A stretch of 64,000 nucleotides of DNA from Cycas panzhihuaensis (lineage: Eukaryota; Plantae; Cycadophyta). The notes beneath the pieces are model-generated. The model worked only from the letters and a program-made list of their open reading frames with translations. It did no database searches and was not told the origin of the DNA. The DNA lies in the NCBI GenBank assembly GCA_023213395.1, contig CM041465.1, positions 185,325,741 to 185,389,740 of the forward strand, given 5' to 3'. Numbering within the stretch: the first letter of the stretch is position 1; each line of letters starts with the position of its first letter. Made by a program: the position numbers and the translations under genes. Below, in pieces: positions 39,750-53,543 of the stretch.

Positions 39750-41075
39750 TCTAGATGTTGTAAGAACTGGAAACTCTGAAGAACAAGACATTATCCCGGT
39801 CAAAGTTGGAAATAGATATAAACTCACCATACCGAAAGAAGTAACCGAAAAAACTATTCAGTATTGGGAGTATAGCCTGGTGGGTAGGTTTTCGGGCCCC
39901 AGGCCAGGCTTGGATGTTATAAGAGAGTGGATCAGAAACAAATGGAAGACCAGAAACCCTGTCCAAGTTATGGCACTACCAAAAGGTTGTGTCCTTTTTA
40001 GATTCTTAAATCAAGAGGACATGATCCACATCTGTTAAAGTCCCATTGGATGTTTGGAAGAAAGGCTATGTCATTGGAGAAATGGCACCGACTGACCCGG
40101 AATCCTCGGTGAAACAAGCCCGGTGTGGGTCCAACTCCCGGCTCCTTTGCATTTTGGAACCCGGAGACGGTGAAAGGAGCGGCGGAATGATTGGGCCTCT
40201 TCCGGCACAGGACTCGCCACTAGGCATAGATCCAGATTGATGAATGCCAGATTTTGCGCTCTGGCAAAGTTAGACGGTGAATTCCCGGTTGAGGTAGAGA
40301 TTGAGTCGGATGGTAGATCTATCATCCAAGGTTTATTTTATGAAACGGAGGGTTTCAGATGTGCTAATTGCAAGAGCAAGGGACATCTTCCCTTTCAATG
40401 TCCAGGGTTCTTGAGTGAGGAAAACCAGGGCACTGGAGGGCGAATGGTGAAGCAAGACCATATGAAAGTTTGGGTAAGGAGTGTTGTGGTGCCGAGGATG
40501 TTGTGGGGACTCGAGCGAGATGCCTGATGTTTTCGGTCCATCCAGCAGTGTGAAAAGTCAGATTCAAGCGGGTGCGACGGTAGGTGCCTCGGCCTATCCT
40601 TTGAGTCAGGGGGCGTCGGAGCCTGGGAAGGGTTCTAGTTTGGTGTTGGATGGTTGTCGGGGCCCTAGGGTTTCGGCTCTGAGGAGCCCAGGCGAGGTTG
40701 GTGTTCCTCTGGTCAACGTTGACGAGACAACATTGGCAGGTATTGTCAAGAACATAAACTGGGATCTAAAGGATTATTTGTCGAACTGAGGAAGGGTGCA
40801 CGAGAGAAGCGAGTCAAGAGGTGCGTGTCATTGGCCTTGCGTAGAAGGAGGAGCAGGTCCTAAGGGTGAAGCAGAGAAAGGGGGAGGAGGGACTCGTAAA
40901 TGGGTCTCAAAAACATCAAGCAAGGAGGGCACTAGATTTTGGGTTGGAGAAGAAGGTGGGTAGACCCCAAAAAGATTACGAGAGAGAAAGAAACTCAAGC
41001 ACAAATAGATATAGGCCTTGAGTACACTAAAGAGGGGTGGCGAAGGCCCCAACCTCGTGGAGCGGAAAGGTTGAT
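39750..41075 (+). pseudogene. LINE ORF1 (DUF4283 plus zinc knuckle), frameshifted
   Basis: YSLVGRFSGPRPGLDVIREWIRNKWK; PVWVQLP; FARFCALAKLD...FYETEGFRCANCKSKGHLPFQC. Start approximate. Confidence 0.88.
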
Positions 41076-41085
41076 GTGTTTCTAG

Positions 41086-44000
41086 ATGAACGTCCTATCA
41101 TGGAACATTAGGGGTTAAACGCCCATCCAACGTAGACCTGGTCAGAGAGTTAAGGATCAGGGTAGAGCCGGATCTTATTCTTCTGCAGGAAACCAAATTG
41201 GAGCAGATAAGGGAGACAGAGGTTCTCAACAAGGTGTGGAGAAGAGGTGAGAGGAAAACTAGCGCAGGTGTGGCGGGTTCAGGGGGTTTGGCCACTCTCT
41301 GGAACCCAAAAAGGTGGAGAGGTTATGAGTTGTGCAAGTCTGAGCACTTCATAACCATTGGTCTGGTCAGTCTCTTGACCAACAAGGAGTATTGGATTAC
41401 AAACGTCACGCCCCCACGTCGGTTGAGGGTAGAAGGAGATTATGGGAGGGCCTGGTGGAGATCCATAAAGATTGGGGAGGCCCGTGGTTGGTGGGAGGGG
41501 ACTTCAATTCTCCCCTAAGCCCGGATGAGAAGAAAGGGGCTAGGTGGATGGACCGAGTATGAATGATTTAGGTGTGTTTTACAAACGGGGCTTGATGGAT
41601 GTTCCCTTAATGGTGCTAGGTTCACTTGGTCCAATAGGAGGTTAGGTCATAACCATATTCAATGCAGGTTGGACAGGATGTTAACAAACTATGAATGGGC
41701 CATCATTTTGAAGGGGTCAGATTGGATGCTCTGCCGAAATTTGGGTCGGACCATTCGCCTCTTATTTTGGAGGGGGCCATTCCGGACTGCTCAAGGGGCT
41801 CCTTTCGCTTTGAGCTAATGTGGTCAAGCATCTGATTTGAGGGAGAGGATCCAGATCGGTGGAGCGTCCAGTCCAAGGTTGTGCCATGTCTGGTTTTCAA
41901 GAAACCGAACTGGATCAGCGTCAAATCAAGGTCCGGAGCAGGAGGTCTTCGGAAACATTTTTGAGAATAAGAGCAGTCTGTTAGGGGAGCTCAAAGAGAT
42001 TGAGGATAGGATCCAGATTGAAGGCAGATCCCTGGATCTAGGCAATAAGGAACTCTCTACCTCTAGGAAACTCAAGGAGGTGTTGGAGAGGGAGGAGATC
42101 TTTTGGAAGCAGAAATCCAGAGAGCAGTGGTTGAGGGAGGGGGATAGAAACACCAAGTTTTTTCACCTCTCTACGATGAGACATAGGACTCATAACAAGA
42201 TAACTAAAATTCGAAGTAGGAGTGGGGTGCTGCATGAGGCCGAGGATAAGATCGGCGGTATTGCGATGGAATACTTTAAGGAGCTTTTCACGAGCTAGGG
42301 TGCGGGACCACGCCTCGTGGTCGCTTTTACATCATATCCCGAGCGTGATTACGGATGACCTCAATAAAAGTCGATGTAACCTTTTACTCGGGAGGAGGTG
42401 GAGAAGGCCGATTCAAGATGGGGAAGGATAAGGCGCCGGTAGGATGGTTTCCCTCCAGGATTTTTCCAAGAGTTCTGGGAGATAATCAAGGAGGATTTGA
42501 TGCTGGCGTTTAATGAATTCTGTTCAAGGCATACAATCTTGAAGGAGTGGCAGGCCACCTTTCTGGCCTTGATTCCGAAGAAAGAGGGGGTGGAAGTCAT
42601 GGAAGACTTCAGACCTATAAGCTTGTGCAATGTAAAATACAAAATATTGTCTAAAGTGCTAGCAAATCGTTTGAGGGAGACCTTACAGGGTCATTTCTCC
42701 TAACCAAGATGGTTTTGTGAAAGGTAGACAAATTACTGCAGTATTATAATTGTCCACGAAACCACGCATTCAACGCTTCATCGTAAGGCGGGGATGATAA
42801 TTAAAATGTACATGTCAAAAGCTTATGATAGAGTGGCGTGGGATTGCACGCTAGATTGTCTCGAGGCGTTTGGATTCGGGAGGTTTGGAGAGAATGGATG
42901 AAATCTTTGTGTCTCTAGCGTTTCTTTTGGTCTTGATTAATGGCGGTCGACCCCTTTCTTTTGTGGATCTAGGGGTTTGAGGCAAGGGATCCCCTCTCCC
43001 TTTCCTTTTCATTATCATGGTGAAATGTTAGGCGGGGCTACTCTAGAGGCTCGTGGTGGGAAGGCTAAATGGTTTGAGAGCCACTTCCAATTTGGAAAAT
43101 ATTGTGCTACATCGGTTCGTTGATGATTTGTGCAGGGCCTCATTGGAGGAGGCTAGGGCCTTAAAATCGGGTCTTGGGCTTATGAAAAGGCTACAAATCG
43201 GAAAATCAACCCGACAAAAGTTTAGCTTTCTTTATTAATACCTTGAGGCAGAGAAGAATAAGTAGGATTACGATGGCAAGGGTGCCCTTCACGGCTCTTA
43301 CCTCGGTATGCCTTTATTTGTGGGCAAGATGAGGCGGTCTGTGGGACCCGTGGTGAGTAGATTCAACAAGAAGCTTGCGGGGTGGAAAGGGCTCTTCTCG
43401 GTTAGGCGGGAAAACTTGTAGTGGCTTCCTGCAGAGCATCTCTTTATCGGATGACGATCTTCAAGATGCCAAGTAAGGTTTTCTACTTTGGAGGGATCAT
43501 GAAGAGATTTCTTTGGTCGGTATGAAGATAAAAGGAGATTCCACCTAGTGTCTTGGGAGAAGGTTTGTAAACCCAAGTGGGCGGGGTCTCAAATACGTAA
43601 GATTGGGCTTTTTAATGAAGCCCTTTTGGCTAAGATGGGATGGAGGCTCACCAAAGAAGCGATGCGGTTTGGGGAGAACTCGCTAGGAAATATATGGGGA
43701 CAATCACTTTTCTTTGGAGGAGGGGCACTGTTTGGAGGGCTCCTCGATATGGAAGGCCATCAGGGCTGCTAGGTCTATCCTGCGCGAAGGTATGAGATGG
43801 AAGTTGGGGGATGGAGAAAGCATAAAGTTTTAGGAAGACAGATGGTGCGGGCAATTCAAACTAGAGGAGTTACCTAACATTGGAGCCTTGCAGAGGGAAT
43901 GTGAAACTCGCTATGGAACGATGGTAAGAGATTACTGGGTAGGGCAAGGCAAGGATAGGAGATGGAGATCTTTTGAGGACCTGGTAGGTTTTGAGGAAGG

Positions 44001-45148
44001 GACTCAAAGAGTTAGGGAGATATTAAGGAGTCAGTATATTCCGAAGAGGTCTGGGCCTCGACATTGGTTTGGCTCGGCCTACGGGCTCTTATTCGGTGAA
44101 AGAGGGTTATAATCTAAGGTTGAGTAGGGAAGGATGGGTCAAGAATGATATATTAGCCGGGGTTTGGAAGTTGGGAATTCTTCCAAAAATAGCTGCTTTT
44201 TGGTGGCTGTGCCTCCAAAACAAACTACTTACTTTGGATAACCTATCAAAAAGGGGCTTCCAGCTGGCTAGCAGGTGTGTGCTTTGTAAGAGGGACGTAG
44301 AAACCCTGGATCACCTTTGCATTCACTGCCCCTTCTCGGTGGGCATATGGAGTAATTTCTGGTCGGGGATGGGGATGGCCTGGGTCTCATCAAAATCCCT
44401 TTTAGACCAATGGAAAGCCTGGACTTCTCCTTTTAAAAGTAAAACCCTTAAAAGAATCGGAGGATGATCTTCTGGTTGGTTCTTGGTACATTTGGAAAGA
44501 ACGGAATAGGAGGATCTTTGAGGGAAGAGAGAAGGATGGCTGGTCCCTGTTAGTGGAGATCAGAAAGGGCATTTTAGAAATGTTAGAGGTGCCTAAAGGG
44601 GACAGGACTCCAGTGGGGGAAGAAGGCATCATGAAAGATTGGGGTATTGTCCCCCAGAGGGGGGTCAGGGAGAGGTTCAGGGATGTGAAATGGCAGCCTC
44701 CAGATATGCAGTGGGAAAAGGTGAACTTTGATGGAGCGGCCAAAGGAAACCCTGGAGAGGCGGGCGGAGGAGGTCTGCTTAGGGACCACGACGGTAATTT
44801 GAGATGGGCCTTTGCAGAATCCATACGAACCAGAAGGCTGAGGTGCGGGCGATGCTGAAAGCGATTATCCTGTTAGATGAGGAGGGTACCCAGAAGGTGA
44901 TCATAGAGGGGGATTCTATGTATGTCATAAAATGTTTGAAAGGGGAAGCGGTTCCGGGATGGGACAACGTAGATATTTTCAGGGATGCCCAGGACATGTT
45001 GAGATCCAAAGCCGGTGTTCAGGTTCAACACACGTTTAGGGAAGGGAATATGGCAGTCGATTGGTTGGCTAACTGGGCTGTGGCAAATAAGAGCACGAGG
45101 GTTTGGAAAAGGGATTACCTGGAGGAGTTCTTGAGGCGGTCGTCATGA
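41086..45148 (+). pseudogene. LINE ORF2 (APE endonuclease, RT, zf-RVT, RNase H), frameshifted
   Basis: MNVLSWNIRG, LLQETKL, GDFN, GSDHSPL; WLREGDRNTKFFH; FRPISLCNVKYKILSKVLANRL; SKAYDRV; RGLRQG; CVLC...ETLDHLCIHC; VNFDGAAKGNPGEAGGGG, IIEGDS, HTFREGNMAVDWLA. Confidence 0.94.
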
Positions 45149-45310
45149 ATCACATATTGGTGAGGTTAACTGAGGAGGTCGGGAGATAGTTATTGGGCTA
45201 GACCATGGGCCTGTCATGGTCAGATCTGCTAAGCCATTTGGCTTGATGTATTGGTTTTGGGGACCCAGATAAAACCCCTATAATATCATTTTTACCATAT
45301 CAAAAAAAAT

Positions 45311-45650
45311 AATGTAAGTAGAATATAAAGCAGCAGTGTTAGTAGCTTGTGAAATAGTTTGGTTACATCGATTACTTTAAGATCTTAAAATGGAATAATA
45401 AGGGCCAATCGAAATCTGATGTGATAATCAAAACACCATACAAATAACAAAGAATCCAATTTTCCATGGCAAAACTAAGCATATAAAGATGCAACATCAT
45501 TTCATTTGAGAGTTAGTACAAAAAGGATAAATTAAGTTAAAGTATTACAGTACAGAGGACTAGACAGTAGACATCTTCACAAAAGCTTAGGGCAAGATCA
45601 AATTCCATCAATTCAAAGAAAATTTAGGAGTTATGCACATTAGGGTTTAT
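45311..45650 (+). pseudogene. Copia-C RNase H, 3' part
   Basis: VEYKAA...ACEIVWL, DNQNTI, NPIFHGKTKHI, VDIFTKA continue the frame broken at 39214. Confidence 0.92.
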
Positions 45651-48399
45651 GGGGGAGAATGTTGGGATAACCCCCCAATGGCCTAAGGGTACGTACGTCT
45701 AGGTCCCCCCAAAGCCACCTTTAGGACTCCCTAGGGCACCTAGAGCTGCCTATTGCCATCCTTAGTCGACATATCAAGTATGATTGTATTATTTTAATTT
45801 ATTTTTAAATATTATCGACTAACCTACAGGGAGGGTTGAGGTGCTTAAGCGCTTCCCCAAAATTCTATTTAAAGGGTTACCATGCACCCTAGGTGTTTTT
45901 CAACACCACCTTCGATTATTTTAGAAAATTATTGATTTGTGCACAATGGCATCCTGACCCGCTCTGCTTTCCTGTGCCAATAATATTGACAAGTCTCCAT
46001 CGACTTACCCACGAGCAAATCTACCATATAGTCTTGATTCCTTTAGACCTCTCGCTCTACGTAGCCCTTTTCTTTATTCTTATAAATTGATCATGTCATC
46101 TAAGGATCATGTAAGAGTTTGTGTTAAGTTAGGTCCATATGCTTTGGTGGGTTTAGGTGATTAGGATAGGCACATAGCCATGTAGGAATTTAACATGCAT
46201 GCTTGATTAACCCCTCTCACATTGTGAAGGCTTCTTGTTTGCTATTTGGTCCTTTTGAGGACCCTTGTTATTCATTTGATTAATATTATCTCAAGCTTTA
46301 TAGTTAGTTTTTTAGTGCATTTTCTTGTTCATTTGATTGATATTATCTCATCTGCTTACTTACATTGCATACTCCATTTGTTAGTTAGACTTGCTTTTCT
46401 TTCTTTTAGTTTCTCTTTTATTTTCCTCATTCTTTGATACATCACATACATCTCCATATTGGTCTTTAGTTTTACCTAGCAAACACATGATCTATTGTCA
46501 CCACACCTACATATAAGAGTTATATGAGCACCTTATGTGGGGCATATACTCACACCCCTCTCTGCTCAAATCCATTATCATCCTTCTAGTTCATTTTAGG
46601 GTTGCATCTGCATATCCTCTACTATTATCAATTTATGTTTAGATGATAACTAAAATAACACAGAAATAAAGTGTGAAATTTGTGAGATCTTTTAGTCTAT
46701 ATGTAGGTAACTAATATGAGTGGCTTTATTTCCTCGATCTACATGCAGGTAGCCAAAATTTGCCAAAAGTACTTAAATTCTAATCTTCTTCAAAAATTAA
46801 CATAGAAACTCTATATGTGACAACTAGAAAAAGATAGATCTCAGAAAAGGGGCATTGTGATATATTTATATATTAAAAATAAACTCTAGATTAACTAGAA
46901 AAGGCCTTGGCACCTTATATTCTATGTGACTTGGGGCTGACTAGTTGGGGGCTCTTTCATAAATCTCAAAATTTATAAAATTTAGTTTAATGTCACCTGA
47001 ACTTCATAAAATCAAAACTACATTTTAACCAAGGTATCAAAATAGAAGATTCATTGGAATATTTTCCTCCAAACATGACTGTAATGATTTCCCCTTTGAA
47101 ACGTTAGTTTTTGAACTTGATTATTAACATTTCTTTATGGAAATCTCACTGATTGAGGTTATTTGATGGTAGTGCACATCTTTGAATGCAAATTCAATTG
47201 GAAAAATAGAAAATTTTCATGTAAAAATTTTCCCTTTCTTCCTCTGTGAGTTTGTTGATGAATTAGGTGACGCTATGATGATCTTTCAAGTTGAAATATA
47301 TATGTTATGGTTTGTTTAATCTCTCCTCTATAATGTTCATGATAAGTGTGAGGTATTTCACCATTTATTATTAGGTTGAGTATTTTTAGTTGATGTCTCA
47401 CTATATTATCTCATACTTAGGATTTAACCCTTCAATGGTTACTTAGTAGGTGTCTTAACTATGAGTGAATCATGGTATTGTCATTGTTAGGTTAGCATTT
47501 CTATTGATGGCATCTATTTTCCTCTATTAAATGTCTTTGGATCAAGTCTCCTTATGACAACTTTGATATCCCTTTGCTTGGGATTCATTATTGTTTAGAG
47601 GCATTAAAGGGTTAACTTCTAAATAGTTGTATGTTATCTTAAAAAATATTAGCTCAATCCTTTTTTAAATAGTGGTGTGTATGTGGGTCAAGTCTCTAAA
47701 CGGTAGTTGTGACCTTCACATACAATGGTTACTCTACTTCATATAATCAAATCTTCTATGTTATGTCATGGCTCCTTAAACAATAATAATAAACACTTCA
47801 ATGGCAGTTGCCTAATGGCCACTTTAACATTATTCAATGGTAGTTCATATTATTAAATGGTGGCTTCTCATAGGATTCAATATTAGGTTTAAAAGCTAGA
47901 TTGTAAGCCAACAATATTTACTTCATACTACTTCTTAGAAAAGTAACAATGTTATATTTAATGTTTTAATGGTGGCTTAAGCAATAGTAGTCCATTTACC
48001 ATCTTGCCCTCTAATGTATAAAATAGTGATGGTAAATTCCATTAAAGAAAACCTTATTTTTCCCTTTCAAACTGTATTAAATTACTATATTTTTAAACTT
48101 TTTTATGAGTTTTTAATGGAATGTTTTTTATTTGATATGCTCCATTCACTAGTGGCAAAAATACACCACTTTTATTGTCCCATTAAGGTTTAAACATAGT
48201 TCCATGCAAGTTATTTTTTAACCTATTTTGATCTCCTTTTAGCTCAAATTCTCCTACTAAAATTGGCTACCCAATGCTTATTAAATGAGTTATTCCTTTA
48301 ATAATTTCAATGGCTAAATCTTATATCCAAGTTAGAGGGGTTTATTGTATTTGTTTACATTTAGTTTTCAATGCCTTGCATGCAATTTTAATGTTATTT

Positions 48400-49170
48400 A
48401 CAAGTTGTTATAAAGGGGATTCATACACATATGCATGAAAAGTATCTTCAACCTAATTAAAGATTTCACCCTTTAATCTAAACAAGTATCTTCACCTTAC
48501 TCTACAACATCTGTCCCTTAAAGATTATAACTAATATATCTTCTTAGGAGCACTCAGAAGTCTATGTTTGAAAATAGACCTTATAGAAGAATGTCTTTGC
48601 TTCAAAGAGAGAACATTAAGTACTTGTTGACCTATTAAATCATCCCTATAACATGCATCCTAAAAACTATTTAACTAATTGAATATTTTATGTTAATAAA
48701 TAGATTTAAAGCATATAACATGAGATTCAAGTATCAAAATATAAATTTGCTACTCTACAGTATTAAAATTACCCATAATAGACTCTAGATCTATGTAATA
48801 AGCATTTGAATAAGTTAACCTGTACCTAAATTGCTCTAATACCATGTAGAAATTCAAAACATGGAATAAGTATTATGAGAAGGATAAACTCATTCAACTT
48901 AGAAAAAAATAATTTGACTAAACTAAGAAATACATCTCATTCTTATAAAAATCCTCTCCACTTCATAATGCATAATCAATACTTATATACAACTCTAAAA
49001 GGAATATTAATTCCCTTATGATTGATGCATGTGAGGAAGGTGATGCAACCCCTAATGACTCACCATTTGTAAATTACAAAAAGCAAATAATAACTAAAAA
49101 TACATGAACAAAGGGGGAGGCTTATAACCATAAGTTATAATGCTTATAAGCATTAATTATCAATAATCAT
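48400..49170 (-). mobile_element. Fragment of a minus-strand LTR element (LTR ~48845-49170 plus PBS)
   Basis: gctctaatacca 48833-48844 (reverse Met PBS) directly abutting TG at 48845; no partner LTR found. Confidence 0.45.
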
Positions 49171-52100
49171 TACCATCTCCTACTTTTTGACACTCAAGTA
49201 AGGTGTTATAGATCTCTATTATTGTGAAATTGACATCAATTTATTTGGTTTGATCTTTCTTTTATATCTTTGATTTATTTATCTATTTAAACATTTCATT
49301 TTATTTTCTTTTATTTTGCTTATTTATTTTTGTTACTTTAGATAAAGTAGTCAGGTGGATAACATATATAAATAAATGTATGCATATTAACATACACATA
49401 CATATAAATAAATCAAAATAAAAAGACTTATCCCTTATGTAGAGTCACTCACACTTACCCTTCATATATGTTTGTATTAGTTTATCTGATATGTAATAAT
49501 TGCTTAGCAATTTCCCTTGTGATATTATCTTGCAAGTAGAAGGAAGAAAAAGAATCATAGAAGTGCTTCAATGAGGATATATGCATATCAAGTAAACACA
49601 TCATTATCTAGTGTTAAACCAAACAAAGTATCTTTTATACCCTATTTAATTTATTTTTGGTAAAAGAATAGTATTTATTTATCTTATGAGTTAGAAAACT
49701 CTTCCTTATTAAAACTCGTATAAACTCTTCTAAACTTTTATCACTTATAGGACATATATTACTTGTAGCATGAGGTGTATCTATTCTCCATTAGTGCACG
49801 TTGGTTCTAGTTCTTATACTAAGTAGAAGAAGCAAACCCCCCACCACACAATAAACATCTCCAAAATACTATTAGCACTTCGTCTATAAAATGTTCACAC
49901 AATCAACTCCCTAACCACCTTAGCCCCCTTATATCTAAGTGGTATTTTCTCATTTTTAAATAACTTTATTAACTTTCAAATTAAATCAACAAAAATCTCC
50001 ACTTACTTTATATTATAAGCTATTAATCTTACAATTGTTTCCATTAATATTTTATCTCGATCTAGTTGTGGTAGTAATATATACTTTCTCTAACCTTCCC
50101 TAATCATGGTGGCTTTGAAATCATTTGACATGTATGCAAACTCTTATCCCAACCAAGGTAATTGAGGTTCTAGTAGCTCCACTAGTATTTTATAAGTGAA
50201 ATTTTAAAAATGGTATATTTGACATGGTAGAAATGATAATAAGAAATATTTACTTATAATAAAATATGGAGTTTTGAATTTGGAATAGTTATTAGAGTAT
50301 TGAAATGTTAGGTCAAAACACTAGAATATTTTATAGAGCATTATTAGGTCATTGGACTATGTGGAACATTTGTCATTCGTTGTATAATTTATTCAGTCAT
50401 TTATAAGCATCTAAACAACTCACACTGTGAGGATACCTTCCTACGACTTGATTATATAAACTTTTATGACCAAATTTTGTGTATAATACTTTTGCTTAGG
50501 ACATTCCCATATATTAGAATGGTTGGATATATTAGAATGGATGGATGCTAAAAACCCTGAAATTCTAGCATTTATACCATTATTATTTTTATTTTGCATA
50601 CAATCATTCTTTAAGCCATTCCTACATAAGAAAGGTGTTGAGAGTGGTGATTAAATTTGTTCAAAATTGTGGCTTTCTACTTGGAACACTTTCTTGTTTT
50701 CTTTTATTTAACCATTTTGTAGAATAATTCTTCATATAATCTAGAGTAATGGCCTCATTGTCCCCAAACTAATAGTTTTTTTACTAGGAGACTATGAGTT
50801 GTGGCACTCAGTAAATCATTTTTACTTGGAGTGATGATGTAGTACTTAGGTTTGTAATCTTTTTTTCTTTTTGAAATGAGGGAGTCAAATACTTATTAAA
50901 ATTCATTTGGTCTTAGTTGTTAGCATATCCTTTAGTTATAAAATATGAGTTATAATTATTCTTTTCTCTTTTCCTTTTTTAAAATTGTATTTATGTATTA
51001 AGATAGAATCAAAGTCTTAATACCAAGACAACTTCAATTGTCTCAAACTCAAGCAATACATTGGCAACATGCTATGTTACACTTGATCGAGTCATTAAGA
51101 AAAACTGCCCTAGTGTAACTAAAATAGGGTTTTAGTTTGTTACTCTTGATTATTTCATTTAGTAGTTGGCCTACTAGTTCCCTTAACTAGACTATGCCAT
51201 TTTGGTGTATTTCCTTTATGACATAAGATCTTTTCTAATGCATTTTCAACTTATCTAATTTTGCCTTTAATTTAATGTCAAACTATTGTACTTGGTCCTC
51301 CTTTTCAAATTGTGGTTTCATATCATGACAATTATGCCATGCCTTGCTTGGCTTCTTTTTAGTATTGTTCACTTTGATGAATTTCCTTTATTGTCATTTG
51401 ATTAGTTTATTTGTTTGGTAGTATGTTTTATAAAATTATGGTTATCATGCATTCTATTTCCTTCATGCATTTCTTTTTTTATTGTTAGAGTACGTTGCCT
51501 TAATGTTGTTATGCGCATTAAAATATTCATCTTTGCATTCATTTTTGTCTTCACTTGTGCTAATAATGACTTTTTCTAAATCAACATTTTCCTTCTATTC
51601 CTTCTCACCCATAATGCTATAAAAATTCTCACCGCTAGCTATGCCTAAGTATTCATCAATGTCATCCCTATAATGATGCTTATTTATATTTTGACAATTA
51701 TACATATTTTTGAAATCCTTATCAAAGATAATTCTTATATTATGATAATTAGTATTTAGTTTGTTTACTTCATATGCTCTTTGTAACTAATCGTAGAAAT
51801 AAATATTTATGTTCCCACTTTCAAATTCTAAATCTTCTTATAATTTTCTTTACCAATTAGCCTTTTGGTCATGTGGGTTATTCATTTTAATTACTTCCTC
51901 TACAACCTTGCATGTTGCCACCTAGTCCATTGAAGTTACTAATTTATCATTTCCAATCATTCCAAATAAGATTTTGTTTATGGTAATATTACAAAATTAC
52001 CGAAAAACTTCCACAAAATAATATAAAAGTCATCTACAAACCTTGTCCTTTTTTTTATTTTTTTTTAGACAAAAAAGTCTTCTAAAATAAAACCTCCTCT

Positions 52101-52301
52101 TAGAAGAGTAAAAATAAATAAATAAGAGTTTCAAACCGCAACGTTTAGAATAACCCAGTTACTTATAGATATGGCTGTGACTTTAATCTCTACTAAAACA
52201 CTATAATATTATTTTAAGTTAAGATTGGCTCTAAGTTACATGAAAACTATTTCTAAAAATTTATATTTAAGATTGTTAACTCCAAATATTAATCTTAACT
52301 T

Positions 52302-52566
52302 TTAATTTGCACCTGCAATATCACTATCAGAACTGGCTTCGTCACTCGGAAGTCTATCTCTGAGTTGGGCGATATCGGTAGGAGTGTAAGCACAGTGGTG
52401 ATCTTCTGGTACAAAGTGTCCGGTCACGGGGTGAGGCATCCACCAAACCTTATTTTGTGCTGATCGCCTGCTCTCAGTATTATTATAATCTCTCCTTTCT
52501 TCACTGCTTCGCTCATTAATACCTCTGGTGTGATCTGCTTTTGGTGCCATCGCTGCGTATCCTTTC
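52302..52566 (-). CDS. LEA_3 (PF03242; LEA5/SAG21-like) late embryogenesis abundant protein, exon 2; spliced product 125 aa
   Basis: Acceptor ttgcag before 52566; KGYAA and the W-motif WWMPHPVTGHFVPE...DIAQLR diagnostic of LEA_3; open to TAA at 52302. Confidence 0.88.
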
Positions 52567-53128
52567 CTGCAACCAAACAGAACGATCACCCCAAAAATAC
52601 AAAATTTTAATCAATACATGTACAAATATTAAAACATGCATACAAATTTGGCATTATAATTTATAAACGACAGAAAACTTCATATAGATAAATAATAGAG
52701 CGTGAAGGAGTGCAGATCAAAATTTGTCATCATTGCGTCCTTTGTTACCCGCAAGTACGATTTGCCAAACCAAAGCTATCAATCTGCAAATTAACCTTCA
52801 AATTGAACAGAATACGTCTGATTGCCATCATGAGACGGACATTTGCAGCCATCTACTTTACAGAACAATGAATAACGTGCTACCTACGCAAACTTTTCAC
52901 AACAGTATAAGCTGGCAAACCGAAGTATTTAAGGAGCCAACTCTGTGTCCACAAAAAATTAAAAATAATAATAGTGAGGATTGGGATAAGGTTGATTGGA
53001 TTATTCAATGAATTTCCTGGATCGTCAGACCCTTTGGACCTGGTCACATTTACGATTGGCCCCTTTCGTAACTACTCCTTGCTGACTGTTCGTTGAGCAT
53101 CTTGCCGTTCATTCGTCAGGGAAACCAG

Positions 53129-53423
53129 CACGTGATTGTCGTAGTCCTTTTTTCTTATATATTATATTTTATTTATTTATTTATACATTTATTTATCTTG
53201 TTTACAGCTCTTAATTGAAAGGCAAACATACGATTGTTTAACCGATCTATTTACAAATTTAGAGTTTAATGCATTGAATTTGTATGACGCACAACCCAAG
53301 CTAAATCCTGTTCCGACGACGCCACTCAAACCAGTAAATTATTAAATTATTGCTCGTCGATGCCCCAAATTTAAATTTAAAATTTAAATTTAGTATAACA
53401 ATCGCTCTCCTAAAAGGACGTGG
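53129..53423. promoter_or_regulatory. Candidate ABA/drought cis-elements in the LEA_3 intron
   Basis: G-box CACGTG 53129-53134, CCGAC 53313-53317, ACGTGG 53418-53423; short motifs that may occur by chance. Confidence 0.3.
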
Positions 53424-53430
53424 AACCTAC

Positions 53431-53543
53431 CCGTACCACGCAACCCTAATAGAGAGGGACAGACAGCGACAGAGCGCCACGCGCACAAGTAGTAGGATGG
53501 TGTTATTAGTTGGTTTCTGAGTAGGCAAGGAGGCGACGTCCAT
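53431..53543 (-). CDS. LEA_3-family protein, exon 1
   Basis: ATG at 53543; MDVASLPTQKPTNNTILLLVRVALCRCLSLSIRVAWY+GG; donor gtaggt at 53430; phase 2 joins in frame with exon 2. Confidence 0.72.

Larger units (their letters stand above)
39215..45310 (+). mobile_element. Near full-length L1-clade LINE with RNase H
   Basis: GC-rich block with ORF1 and ORF2; short poly(A) 45302-45309; AATGTAA at 39208-39214 and 45311-45317 as probable TSD; splits Copia-C RNase H. Confidence 0.95.
31497..45982 (+). mobile_element. Full-length Ty1/Copia element (Copia-C) with 3.4-kb leader, interrupted by a LINE
   Basis: 323-bp LTRs 31497-31819 and 45660-45982; TSD ATATT (31492-31496, 45983-45987); PBS tggtatcagagcc 31822-31834; PPT gggggagaa 45651-45659. 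Confidence 0.96.
26067..46641 (+). repeat. Gypsy 3' LTR (~3.3 kb once the two insertions are removed)
   Basis: End fixed by homology to 12085. Start inferred from purine-rich aaagaggataaat followed by tatagtagccc (decayed TGTAG...). Confidence 0.55.

Noticed and set aside
39751-45009. Numerous minus-strand ORFs within the LINE
   Set aside because: Shadow ORFs of GC-rich coding sequence
49200-52100. Possible genes or DNA transposons in AT-rich intergenic DNA (also 54450-57000)
   Set aside because: No credible ORF, TIR, TSD or domain motif could be supported
52724-53011. 95-aa plus-strand ORF
   Set aside because: Antisense within the LEA_3 intron, non-ATG start, no recognisable motif
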